A DNA stretch of 39,833 nucleotides from an uncultured Methanosarcinales archaeon (GTDB taxonomy: Archaea; Nanobdellota; Nanobdellia; Woesearchaeales; CAZPJY01). Position numbers and translations under genes: made by a program. Under the pieces are notes generated by a model. That model worked only from the letters and a program-made list of their open reading frames with translations. It did not search any database and was not told the DNA's origin. This document shows, piece by piece, positions 18,423 through 27,677 of this stretch (within the stretch, counting starts at the first letter, position 1; every line of letters starts with the position of its first letter). Location of the stretch: assembly GCA_964587045.1 (NCBI GenBank), contig CAZPJY010000018.1, positions 1 through 39,833 of the forward strand, in the 5' to 3' direction.

Positions 18423-19446
18423 TTTTCTTCCTCTTCGAGAGCGTTATTATTATGATTGCCAGCAGCACCAGTACCGGAGTCGCTATGAGCAGCTGCCAGT
18501 TGAATTCCCTCTCCTCCTGTTCGGCGTTGTATGAGAGGTTGGACAATTCCTCCTGGTTCCCCTCTGTAGGCACGCCCAGCGCGAAGCCTGAGAAGCCGGT
18601 GATGTAGGCGTAAACTATCTTGTTCTCTGTGTCGACAGTGCTCGGCAGCGCCGTCCACGAGTCGCCGTCGAAGTGTATGATCGCAAGCTCGGTCTCGTCG
18701 AGCCCTGAAGGCAGGCTTGCCGGGCTGTAGTGCATGGATATCTTCAGCGGAGGGACAAACGTCGTGCCCTCAGGCGAGAAGTCGTAGTAGCCGGAGAGGA
18801 AGAAGAAGTCCGAGGTCGCTGTCGGGAAGCTCTCGGGCTCGACTGCGATGCTCTGTATCGGGCCTGACGGGTTGGTCGCCCTCACCGTTCGCGGCACTTC
18901 GAGCTCCACTATACCGTCCGCTGACTCAAGCGTCATCTCCTCCTCAGGCGGGATCGATATCTCAGCCCTGAATTCCTTGACAATCTTGCCGGAGCCGCCC
19001 ACGCCCTCGAACTTGATGTCTATCGGCCCGTTTCCCCCAGGAAAGCATATGAAGTGCGGGTACTGCGATATGGAAATCGAACCGGCTTCGAAGGCCTTCA
19101 CCTTATCCCCCACCAGGAACGCGTTGTAAAGCGTGCCGTCTTCAATGCTGTTCCTGATTATGGGGTTGAGTGTGGGGTTGGAGGCCACCTCCTCAGCGTA
19201 GTTGAGGTCCACGAAGCAGGCCTCGTCAAAGCCATCAGGCAGGTGGAATGTTTTTACCGTGATCTTGCCGTAGTCGCGTATGACCTCTTTTACGGAGTCC
19301 TTTACCGTGTTTTCAAATGTGATGGTCTCTGCCGTGGCGGTCTGCTCCCCCAGGTTCTGGATGCCTTGGTATCCGAACACGAGCAGAAGGACCGCGAGGA
19401 TGGCAAGGAGTGCGAGGAGAAGAGGCTGTCCTTGTGCTTTTCGCAT
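18403..19446 (-). CDS. Class III signal-like membrane protein with C-terminal TM anchor
   Basis: MRKA/QGQPLLLALLAILAVLLLVFG; beta-domain ending WTALPSTVDTENKIVYAYITGFSGFAL; C-terminal TM followed by KRKK. Confidence 0.7.
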   Translation of the reverse strand: MRKAQGQPLLLALLAILAVLLLVFGYQGIQNLGEQTATAETITFENTVKDSVKEVIRDYGKITVKTFHLPDGFDEACFVDLNYAEEVASNPTLNPIIRNSIEDGTLYNAFLVGDKVKAFEAGSISISQYPHFICFPGGNGPIDIKFEGVGGSGKIVKEFRAEISIPPEEEMTLESADGIVELEVPRTVRATNPSGPIQSIAVEPESFPTATSDFFFLSGYYDFSPEGTTFVPPLKISMHYSPASLPSGLDETELAIIHFDGDSWTALPSTVDTENKIVYAYITGFSGFALGVPTEGNQEELSNLSYNAEQEEREFNWQLLIATPVLVLLAIIIITLSKRKKNDSGQL

Positions 19447-19488
19447 GGCCTAGCTCTACTCTTATTCCTATATATAATTTGCGAAAAG

Positions 19489-19827
19489 TCACGCGTTGTA
19501 GTAGTTGTAGAATGCGAAGGCTAGGAGAACGATCCCGGTTATTATGGTCGCTGTCCACAGCGCTGTCCGCATGGCCTTCTTTCCCTTGCGGTCGAGTATC
19601 CAGCCGAACCACGTGCCGAGTAGGGCGTAGAAGGCGATGTTGATGGGCAGGAAGTACTTGAGAGAGTCAGCGTTGAGCGCGGCCAGGAGGCTTGGCGACC
19701 AGAGATTGGCCACAATGTAGAGCGCGACCACCGGCACCATGAAGATGTACAGCCGGATGAGCATGCTCAGCCCGCATAGCGCGCCCAGAACTGCCCCCTT
19801 CTGCCATCCCTTCAGACGGTTCCACAT
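19489..19827 (-). CDS. Small multi-pass membrane protein
   Basis: 112 aa with 3-4 hydrophobic segments. TATA-like TTAATATA upstream. Confidence 0.65.
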   Translation of the reverse strand: MWNRLKGWQKGAVLGALCGLSMLIRLYIFMVPVVALYIVANLWSPSLLAALNADSLKYFLPINIAFYALLGTWFGWILDRKGKKAMRTALWTATIITGIVLLAFAFYNYYNA

Positions 19828-19861
19828 GAGGCTGGGGCTAAGCCGAACAACTATATTAAGC

Positions 19862-21514
19862 TTATGGGCAGGCGCTGTATTCGCTCCAGTATCCAGCCCC
19901 CAACGCGTACTTCTCGTTGATGGATATGAGCTCCCTCGCCACCTCTGAGAGCAGGGCTGATGATATGGCGCGGTCCTCGTCAGCAGGCCTGTTGGTCATT
20001 GCCTTGATCGAGCTCTCCAGCTCGGACGGGGAGAGCTGGGTCTTGGATGAGCGCAGCACCGCCGGAGCATCGATGAGTGGGGGGAACAGGCCGCACTCCC
20101 TGTTCTTCTCGAAGTATTCCAGGTTGGTCTGGACCTTTTCCGACGCGGCCTGGTAGGCTGCCTCAGCGTCGGTCGTGACCTCGACGCATCTCACGTTGCC
20201 TGCGCTGATCGTGACAGGCACCGCGCCTTCAGAGCACCGGATGTCGAGGTAGTCCTCGTCGGGCTTGAGGTACTCGTCAGATGAGACGCACACGCTCACC
20301 TCGAAGCCTTTCAGGTGGATGTCCCTGACCACCCTCATGAGCAGCCTCTGGGCCTGTTCGAGGTGCTGGCGGGCGTCTTCAAGCTGGTCGAGGGCTTCGT
20401 CTAGTATCATGTCTCCTCTGAGCCTGTCCATTGGGTCCCTGACATCGAATTCCCCTGCTTGTCCGAGGGATTCCCCTGCCTGGGCCAGGATGCTCGCTGC
20501 TGTCATGGCGCTCCCTGACATGTCGTCGAGGTAGACGTCCAACATGCCGGTATCGCCTCCCTCCTGCTCCACCGATGCCAGGACGCAGTCGGTCCTGCGC
20601 TCTGCGTTCCTCATGCGGTCGACGAGCTCCTTGAGCGAGGTCAGCGCGCTCTTTGCGACCGCCACCCTCACCGAGAAGTGGATGGAGGCCGTCGCGCTGT
20701 CGACGAGGCTTAATAGGTCGTCCGGTTTGCCTGCCCATCCTTCGACTTCTAGGTGTGACAGCTCGTCAGCGTGGGCCTGCAGCTCTGAAGCGATCAGGGC
20801 GGCCTCTTCCCAGGAGAGGTCGTCGTTCATCTGCACTCTCCCTTGCGCCATCTGCAGGTAGGCCTGCTCCATTGCTATCCTCTCTGAGGCTATGGCCCTG
20901 GCGTTGTTCCTGACGGTCGTCGTGAATTCCTCGCAGTCGCCGTCGCAGGCTGCCAGGTCTGTGGTGCTGCGCTGGTAGGCGCGCAGGTTCTTTTCCAGGC
21001 CCGCCTTTGCAGCCTCGTAGCTCGAGAGCGCTGTCCTGTACTCCTTCCTGCCTGTTCGGAAGTCGGAGTCCGGCAGGTCGCGCTGCTTGTACAGGTGAAC
21101 GGCCTTCACAGCGACGATGGCGACGCGGGAGAGGTAAGAGTCGAGGTCTGAGAGGGGGAGCTGCGAGAGCCTCAGGATATCGGCGCGCGTCATGCGCGCC
21201 AGCGTCTCCCTCTTCTCCACTGAGAGCTGGCTGAAGAGCGGGAGGGAGCTGTAGAAAAGCGCCATCACGCGGAAGCGCGAAAGCGGCAGGTCCATGAACA
21301 GGTCCCTTTCCTGCTTGGGCACAGAGAGGATGTCTGCGAGGTGGTCTTCTGAGAGCGCCATCAGCTTGGCTCCCTCAGGGAGGGGATAGCTTTCGATGAT
21401 CCGCCTCTGCTCCTCATAAAGGTTGGGCTCCTGGCTCTCGAAAGTTATCGGCAGCTGTGCTTTTGCGAGCGGCAGCAGCAGCAGGAGCACAAGTATCGTG
21501 GCGGCCCTCCTCAT
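19862..21514 (-). CDS. Secreted, mostly alpha-helical hypothetical protein
   Basis: Signal peptide MRRAATILVLLLLLPLAKA; long helical/coiled-coil body; scattered Cys pairs. Confidence 0.75.
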   Translation of the reverse strand: MRRAATILVLLLLLPLAKAQLPITFESQEPNLYEEQRRIIESYPLPEGAKLMALSEDHLADILSVPKQERDLFMDLPLSRFRVMALFYSSLPLFSQLSVEKRETLARMTRADILRLSQLPLSDLDSYLSRVAIVAVKAVHLYKQRDLPDSDFRTGRKEYRTALSSYEAAKAGLEKNLRAYQRSTTDLAACDGDCEEFTTTVRNNARAIASERIAMEQAYLQMAQGRVQMNDDLSWEEAALIASELQAHADELSHLEVEGWAGKPDDLLSLVDSATASIHFSVRVAVAKSALTSLKELVDRMRNAERRTDCVLASVEQEGGDTGMLDVYLDDMSGSAMTAASILAQAGESLGQAGEFDVRDPMDRLRGDMILDEALDQLEDARQHLEQAQRLLMRVVRDIHLKGFEVSVCVSSDEYLKPDEDYLDIRCSEGAVPVTISAGNVRCVEVTTDAEAAYQAASEKVQTNLEYFEKNRECGLFPPLIDAPAVLRSSKTQLSPSELESSIKAMTNRPADEDRAISSALLSEVARELISINEKYALGAGYWSEYSACP

Positions 21515-21824
21515 GGGGTATTAGAATGCACACTCTTATTTAAGCGTTATTATCGAGAAAAGAAAAAAGAAAATAATGCTCCCCTCACAACAGGAAGCTT
21601 TAACGTCTTCACACAACGGGGTTAAGATAGCTCATATTGTTTATAAAGATACTTTTTTTCAGCGTTTTTTAGTCCTTGTAAAAAGCTTAAGAAACTTTAT
21701 AGAGCATAAATAGGCTCATTAAAACTTTATAGGGGTAGAATAGTTGCTATTTCAATAAAAAGAGGTTTATTTGGGCTTTTTTGTAAAAGAAATATTTTTA
21801 TACTTGATGATGATACCATCTCTC

Positions 21825-22517
21825 ATGGAGGCATGGCGTGTTTTTATCGTCGGTATTCTGCTAGTCGTGATGCTTCCGGCGGCCGGCGCAGCGACGATTT
21901 ACGGCCGCATCTACGACCTCACCCTGAGCCCGCTCGAGGATGTCATAATAGACATCAACTCGACTCCCGAGCAGCACTGGGTCTCCAAGGACGGCGCCTA
22001 CTCGTTCCTCGTCGAGCCCGGCACTTACGGGCTGGTCGCCACCTACATAGACAACAACGAGGTCTCGCTGTCTGCGAGGGAGGATGTGACGGTCTACGGC
22101 GACGGCATCTTCGTCGTCGACCTCGTCATGGCGCCTGACCTGTCCGAGGACTTCTCAATGCTGAACGAGTCTTCGGCCTCGCTGGTGCTGCCTGAAGGGG
22201 GTGGGATCAGCAGCGGCGCCTGGCGCGTCCTCCTTTACACGGGCATCGGCGTGCTTGTGGTCGGAGCGGTCCTGCTCGTCGTGTACTACCTGGCGCCCAA
22301 GAAGAAGCAGGCAGAGGAGCCAGTGGCAGACCCGACAGGCGCGCAGATATTGGAGTTCCTCAAGCAAAACGACAGGCGCGCGACGCAAAAGGAGATAAGG
22401 TCCAGCATCCCCATGTCCGAAGCCAAGATCAGCCTGGTCATCTCAGAGCTCGAGTCTCAGGGAAGGGTGAAGAAGATAAAGAAAGGGCGCGGGAACATCA
22501 TCGTGCTGGTGCGTTGA
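21825..22517 (+). CDS. Membrane-anchored winged-HTH regulator with extracellular carboxypeptidase-regulatory-like domain (COG2512-like)
   Basis: Signal peptide, then ATIYGRIYD...GAYSFLVEPGTY beta-sandwich, one TM, then cytoplasmic RATQKEIRSSIPMSEAKISLVISELESQGRVKKIKKGRGNII wHTH. Confidence 0.85.
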   Translation: MEAWRVFIVGILLVVMLPAAGAATIYGRIYDLTLSPLEDVIIDINSTPEQHWVSKDGAYSFLVEPGTYGLVATYIDNNEVSLSAREDVTVYGDGIFVVDLVMAPDLSEDFSMLNESSASLVLPEGGGISSGAWRVLLYTGIGVLVVGAVLLVVYYLAPKKKQAEEPVADPTGAQILEFLKQNDRRATQKEIRSSIPMSEAKISLVISELESQGRVKKIKKGRGNIIVLVR

Positions 22518-23268
22518 CCCTCTCAGCCTCCTGGGCCAGCGCGATTCCGCCGATGACCTCAGGCATGATGACCTTGTTCGCCCCCACCTGCAGGAGCTTC
22601 TTCTTGAACCGCTCGAAGTTCGCCCTGGCGATGATGTAGACGTTTGGGTTGAGCTCCCTAGCGACTATTATCTCCAGGACGTTCTCCCCGTCGTGGCCCA
22701 GGCACGTGACGAGAGCCTTGGCGCGCTCTATGCCCGCCTCGATCAGGGACTCCTTTTCCAAAGCGTCCAGCTCGAGCGTGGTGATCCCCATCTCGTTTAG
22801 CTTCTGCACCTTTTCCGGGCTCCTTTCGACGACGACGACGTCGTGGCCCTGGCGCGCGAGCTCCTTTGCCACGTTGCCGCCGACGCGTCCACCTCCGCAA
22901 ATTATGTAGTGATCGTTGAGACCGCTGACCTTGACCATCTTTCGGACCTCCCTCATGGCTTTCTTCAGTTTGCCTTCGTATATTATGTTGATTATCGTGT
23001 AGATTATGTAGATGTTCAGGACGGCGCCGATTATGCTGAACAGGAAGAACAGCGGGACGTTCGATGTGACGTCGTCGAGAGAAATGTGAGTGATGATCGA
23101 GAGCGAGCGGTAGATGGCCTCGCGGAAGTTGTTGGTTTCGTCGTTGATGATGAGCGCTCCCAGCAGCACGAGGATTATCAGGAGCACGATGGTGATGGCG
23201 ACCTTCTGGAAGTTCCTGTAGTACTCCTCGTCCTCTGGTATGGTGAACTTGAACGACGGTAGTTTCAT
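22498..23268 (-). CDS. 2-TM channel-like protein with TrkA-N/RCK domain (MthK-like), non-canonical filter
   Basis: Two TMs flanking a pore-helix-like AIYRSLSIITHISLDD, then HYIICGGGRVG, AGIERAKALV, ARELNP..YIIARA and GANKVIMPE. Confidence 0.85.
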   Translation of the reverse strand: MKLPSFKFTIPEDEEYYRNFQKVAITIVLLIILVLLGALIINDETNNFREAIYRSLSIITHISLDDVTSNVPLFFLFSIIGAVLNIYIIYTIINIIYEGKLKKAMREVRKMVKVSGLNDHYIICGGGRVGGNVAKELARQGHDVVVVERSPEKVQKLNEMGITTLELDALEKESLIEAGIERAKALVTCLGHDGENVLEIIVARELNPNVYIIARANFERFKKKLLQVGANKVIMPEVIGGIALAQEAERVNAPAR

Positions 23269-24692
23269 CTTGTATCAGCTGGGCTGCGTGGTTTAAATAC
23301 TTTTGCCTGCTCGGAGACCTGGGCGGCCTTCTCCTGCAGCTCCAGCTCCTTCCTTTGCAGGCGTTTCTTGTGCTCCTCAAGCCTCGATTCCTTCTCAGCG
23401 AGGTTTTTTTCTTTTGCGCCGAGCTCCTCCTCCCTCTTGGCGTGGGTGCCGAGCTCGTCCCGCAGGGTGTTGCGCTTCTGCTCGAGCGAGGCGATCTGCG
23501 CCTGCACCTTGTTCTTGTGCGAGTCCAGCTCCTCGTGCTTGGCCCGGACCTCGGAATGCAGCTTTTCTGCCTCCTCGTGCAGCCTGTGGATCCTGCCCTC
23601 TTTTTTCTTGACCTCTTTTAGCTCGAGCTCCCTTGCGATGAGCTCCTTTTCCTTCCTGCCCACTTCCTGCTCGCGCCGGAACAGCTGGGAATCTTTGGCG
23701 TCGAGCTCTATCTCCTTCCTCTCCAGCACCTCCTCGCGCTCCTCGAGGTTGATCATGAAATGCTTGTTGAACTCCGCGATCTTCTCGGTCTGCTCCTTGT
23801 GCTTGCCGAGGGTCTCTGAGAGCCTCAGCTCCTCTTCGCGCAGCCGGTTGAGCTTCTCGTCCCACAGGGTCTGCTCCTCTTTTAGGGCTTTCAGGCGCCT
23901 GTCGATTTCCTCGCGCTCCTGATCCAGGCCCTGCTCTGCCACCTTGGAGGTGGCCTCCTCGTTGTGCATCGCGGCCTCGAGGTCGCGCATCTTGACTATG
24001 CCTGCGTCGACTTCAACCCCCTTGGCCCTGAGGCGCTCCTGGGCAGACTCAAGCTGCTCTGCCCTGAGCCTCTGGGCTTCGCGGATCTTTGCCAGCTCCC
24101 GCTCGTGGATCAGGAGGGTGTGCCTCTGGTTGGTTAGCGCCTGCGCCTTTGCCTCGAGCTCTGCCTCGTACCTGAGCAGCTGGCGCTCCTTGGCGCGGAT
24201 TATGCGCTCGTAGTGCTTCATGGCCTCGAGCCTTCCTGAGTGGCTCCTTCGTTCCTCTGCGAGCTCCTCCTTGAGGACCCTGATGTACTTGCTCTCGTCG
24301 TCGAGCTTCACGCGCCGCTCCTCGAGCTTCGCCTCCTTGGCTGCGAGCTCGCTGGACCTGCTCCTGATGTGGACCTCCTGGTCCTGGACCTGCATCTCCC
24401 GTTTTTTCAGCTCCCGCTCCCTGACCTTGATGTCTTGCGGGGGCACCACGTACTGGACGGGCCGGGATGAGAGCTGGCGCTGCTTTTCCGCCTCGAGCAT
24501 CGTGCCCAATTGCGCGGGGTCGAAGTGGTAGCCCTTGGCCTTGACATCATCCAGAAACCGCAGCCAGTCCTGGTGCTCCCACCTGCAGTTGTGCCTGGCC
24601 ACGAAGCCTTGCAACATGCCGCTAGCCTTGAACTGCGCAAGCGCGTCAGGTGTCGGCATTATCCTGATTAGATCGTCTTTTGTAGTTTCCAC
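23265..24692 (-). CDS. Long coiled-coil protein with small N-terminal globular domain
   Basis: About 380 aa of E/K/R-rich heptads. GTG start after a GGGGA RBS. ATGA overlap with the channel gene. Confidence 0.8.
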   Translation of the reverse strand: METTKDDLIRIMPTPDALAQFKASGMLQGFVARHNCRWEHQDWLRFLDDVKAKGYHFDPAQLGTMLEAEKQRQLSSRPVQYVVPPQDIKVRERELKKREMQVQDQEVHIRSRSSELAAKEAKLEERRVKLDDESKYIRVLKEELAEERRSHSGRLEAMKHYERIIRAKERQLLRYEAELEAKAQALTNQRHTLLIHERELAKIREAQRLRAEQLESAQERLRAKGVEVDAGIVKMRDLEAAMHNEEATSKVAEQGLDQEREEIDRRLKALKEEQTLWDEKLNRLREEELRLSETLGKHKEQTEKIAEFNKHFMINLEEREEVLERKEIELDAKDSQLFRREQEVGRKEKELIARELELKEVKKKEGRIHRLHEEAEKLHSEVRAKHEELDSHKNKVQAQIASLEQKRNTLRDELGTHAKREEELGAKEKNLAEKESRLEEHKKRLQRKELELQEKAAQVSEQAKVFKPRSPADTR

Positions 24693-24757
24693 TATTCCCC
24701 GTCAATAATCTGGAAGCGGCTTATAAAATAATTTGTGAGCATTAGGGAATGGTAAGC

Positions 24758-25624
24758 TCATAGGACCGCTTTCATGCTCTGGATCGAGACCTCGAGCATC
24801 CTGTCGTCGGGCTCGCGCGTGGTGATGCCCTGGAGGGCGAGGCCCGGGGCGATCAGCGCCTTCACAACCGGATTGGTGGAGAACTTGGCTGACAGGCGCA
24901 GCACCTCGTATGAGGCCCCCATGACCACGGGGAGCAGGAGCAGCCTCAGGCCGAAGTTTACCGCGAGCGAGTCGCTCGTTATGAACGTGAATACCAGGAC
25001 GGAGATGATGAGTATTATCAGTATGAAGCTGGTGCCGCAGCGCGGGTGCCTCGTCGAGCACTTCTTTGCGTTCTTGACTGTCAGTTCGAGTTTCTTTTCG
25101 TGGCAGTTGACCACCTTGTGCTCTGCGCCGTGGTACTGGAAGAGGCGTTTGACGTCCTTCATGCGCGAGATGGCCGCCAGGTAGATCACGAACATCACCA
25201 CCCTGAAGAAGCCGTCCGCGAGGTGGAAGAGGAAGGTGCCCTCGTCCGCGACGAGGGATGAGAGCAGGATGGGCACTCCCATGAAGATGACGACCGCAAA
25301 CAGCAGCGAGAGCAGGATGACGCCGACGATCTCCCAGGTGGAGAGCTGCTCTTCCTCCTCTTCGACCGCCTCGTTGGCTGAGTAGGTCAGCTCCTGCATG
25401 CCGATGATGAAGACCTCGAGGAACTTGATGAAACCCCTGATGATGGGGATGTTCAGCAGCTTGTTGCGGTCCGCTAGGGATACGAACCTGCGCGTCTTGA
25501 CCGTGACCTTCCCGCTGGGCGTCCTGACTGCGGTTGCGATGCGGTCCGGCGCCTTCATCATGACGCCTTCGATGACAGCCTGCCCCCCTATCAGGGGCTC
25601 GTCATCAAAAGAAGGTCTTGCCAT
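24758..25624 (-). CDS. DUF1385 membrane protein
   Basis: IGGQAVIEGVMM, FQYHGAEHK, HPRCGTSF and LQGITTREPD. Confidence 0.92.
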   Translation of the reverse strand: MARPSFDDEPLIGGQAVIEGVMMKAPDRIATAVRTPSGKVTVKTRRFVSLADRNKLLNIPIIRGFIKFLEVFIIGMQELTYSANEAVEEEEEQLSTWEIVGVILLSLLFAVVIFMGVPILLSSLVADEGTFLFHLADGFFRVVMFVIYLAAISRMKDVKRLFQYHGAEHKVVNCHEKKLELTVKNAKKCSTRHPRCGTSFILIILIISVLVFTFITSDSLAVNFGLRLLLLPVVMGASYEVLRLSAKFSTNPVVKALIAPGLALQGITTREPDDRMLEVSIQSMKAVL

Positions 25625-25698
25625 GGGTTAAGGATTAACGACATTGTATTAAAAGGTTATGGAAAAATAGAAAAACCAGTTCTGGCAGAACTTGGCTA

Positions 25699-26802
25699 TT
25701 GAGACTCCACTACAACATCTATCCGGAAGCGCTGGACATCATCAGAAGTGCGGGGCTGGACAGCAGAGTCGACGAGTTGAGTAGGTCAGACGGGCTGCAA
25801 TACATCGTCGGCGCTACCTACACAAGCGACATAGTGGAAAGCGTCAGCGACCTCAAGGGGAGGGGATACTATGACCGTTTTCCCGAGGAGCTCAAGGATC
25901 TTTACAAGCAGGTCATGAACGGTATGGTTAGCAGGCCGGAAGAGTACAGCTGGACCGTCAGACGACAGGCAGGGGAAGAGCGCGTGCCGTGCGAGCTCGA
26001 GGACATGCTCCTCTTCTCAGGCGACATCGCATCCATGATACTCGGGCCATTGGAGATGTGGGACCATGGCAAGCTCGGATTCTCAGGCCCGATCGAGCAG
26101 GTGTCTGTCACCGGGGCGTACATCAAGATGAGGTCCAACGAGATCCTGCCCAAGAGGGGCTACGTCTGGGAGAGGAGGATGGGCGACGGCTCAGTGATCG
26201 TCAGCGAGATTACCGGCGACATGCACGCTGACATGCGCATCTTCCAGACCGACATCGCGCCGTACCCGACCAAGGACCCTTTCGGCCTTCCGGTCAGGAT
26301 GAGGCCTGTAACAGATGAGGACCAAAAGGTCGTGGCTGCTTACCACACGACCGAGGGAATGCTTTTTATTGCGACCCTCAAGTACATCGAGCAGTGCGGC
26401 ATCAGCTCAGACGTCCTGGCCGACGGAGCCAAGGAATTCATCTCCTGGGCAAGGTCGCTTGGCCAGAGCGGAGGCACCTGCACTGAGCATTTCGGCGGTT
26501 TCGACCAGGAGCCATGGAGCTTCTTTTACACCTACAAGTGGCCCCTGCCCCAGCTCGGGGAGGGGGTCAGGAGCGGCTTCAACCTCGTTAGCGCGGGAGA
26601 CATATCCTACGGCGTCTTCGTCGACTCTGAGGACCTGGTCATATCCTACAAGGACAAGGTGTGTGCAAGGTTCGTTCCCGAGGACGCAGACCATCTGCTG
26701 AGGGGGCTAATGCACCAGTGCGCGAAAGGGCTGGGCAGGACCTCTGCTAAGCAGCTGCTGTCGATACTCGAGTACTGGTTTGGGAAAAGTTATTATAGTT
26801 AA
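25699..26802 (+). CDS. Hypothetical cytoplasmic protein
   Basis: 367 aa ORF with coding-like codon bias and a TTG start. No recognised motif. Confidence 0.7.
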   Translation: MRLHYNIYPEALDIIRSAGLDSRVDELSRSDGLQYIVGATYTSDIVESVSDLKGRGYYDRFPEELKDLYKQVMNGMVSRPEEYSWTVRRQAGEERVPCELEDMLLFSGDIASMILGPLEMWDHGKLGFSGPIEQVSVTGAYIKMRSNEILPKRGYVWERRMGDGSVIVSEITGDMHADMRIFQTDIAPYPTKDPFGLPVRMRPVTDEDQKVVAAYHTTEGMLFIATLKYIEQCGISSDVLADGAKEFISWARSLGQSGGTCTEHFGGFDQEPWSFFYTYKWPLPQLGEGVRSGFNLVSAGDISYGVFVDSEDLVISYKDKVCARFVPEDADHLLRGLMHQCAKGLGRTSAKQLLSILEYWFGKSYYS

Positions 26803-26822
26803 GGTTCAGTCAAGGCCCTTGC

Positions 26823-27416
26823 ATGAAGCAGTACATAATCCCGTTTGCAGTGTACCTCTTCCTCGGGCCTCTGCTGACGTGGCTGGGCCTCGATCCGAGG
26901 TGGGCTTACGCTGCGAAGACCCTGGTTTCCCTCGGGCTTATTGTGTATTACAGGAAGGATTACAGGTTCAGGTTCAGGTGGGACTGGCTGGCTGTCGGCG
27001 CAGGCGTGCTGATCTTCCTGTTCTGGGTGGGGCTTGAGGGCTCATACCCGCTGATCGGCCGGACCTATGAGCTTGCGCCGACGACCTGGTACGTTATCGT
27101 CAGGCTCATCGGCGCGATCGCCCTCGCCCCTGTCATCGAGGAGTTCTTCACCCGCGGCTTCCTGATGAGGATGCTGATCATGCACGACTGGGAGAAGGTG
27201 CCGATTGGCAGGTACACCCTCATGTCGTTCGTTGTCACTATCTTGTTCTTCGGATTCTCTCACCCGCGGTGGCTGCCCGGGCTGCTCACCGGTTACGTCT
27301 TGAATCTCCTCCTCTATAAACGGCGCGACCTTGGCGCTTGCGTCTTGGCTCACGGCGTGGCGAATCTGCTTTTGGCTGCTTATGTCATCGGCTTTGGGGC
27401 CTGGCAGTTCTGGTAG
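26823..27416 (+). CDS. CPBP (type II CAAX/Abi) intramembrane glutamic protease, resembling the PEP-CTERM-associated CAAX subfamily
   Basis: Intact motifs EEFFTRG (EExxxR), FGFSH (FxxxH) and HGVAN (HxxxN). N-terminal PFAVYL...YAAKT...GVLIFLFWVGL pattern recalls TIGR03008 (recognised by eye, not searched). Confidence 0.9.
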   Translation: MKQYIIPFAVYLFLGPLLTWLGLDPRWAYAAKTLVSLGLIVYYRKDYRFRFRWDWLAVGAGVLIFLFWVGLEGSYPLIGRTYELAPTTWYVIVRLIGAIALAPVIEEFFTRGFLMRMLIMHDWEKVPIGRYTLMSFVVTILFFGFSHPRWLPGLLTGYVLNLLLYKRRDLGACVLAHGVANLLLAAYVIGFGAWQFW

Positions 27417-27577
27417 ATATATTTACTGAAAATTTTAAGAAATACTATTGTTATAAAGGGATGACTACTGAAAAAGGGAAATATTTATATAGGTATTAAT
27501 CATCACCTAGTGAAAGATAGGGGGTGTCAGTGATATATTACGTTGTGACAATCTACCCAAAGTTATGACGTGGGGAG

Positions 27578-27605
27578 TTTGGGACAACTACGCAGTGGTG
27601 ACAAA
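27578..27605. promoter_or_regulatory. Palindromic operator-like site upstream of BRE/TATA
   Basis: TTTG-GGAC-AACT-ACGC-AGTG-GTGA-CAAA, followed by ACCGCAAGG TTTTTATAAA. Confidence 0.55.
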
Positions 27606-27677
27606 ACCGCAAGGTTTTTATAAAGAACCTGACTACCCCAATTGAAAATTATGTTAACATAATTGGAGGGAAAGACA

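Noticed and set aside
23265..24450. Low-complexity CTC/GAG-rich DNA as a tandem repeat, or an SMC ATPase
   Set aside because: Explained by Glu/Lys/Arg-rich coiled-coil codons. No Walker motifs are present.
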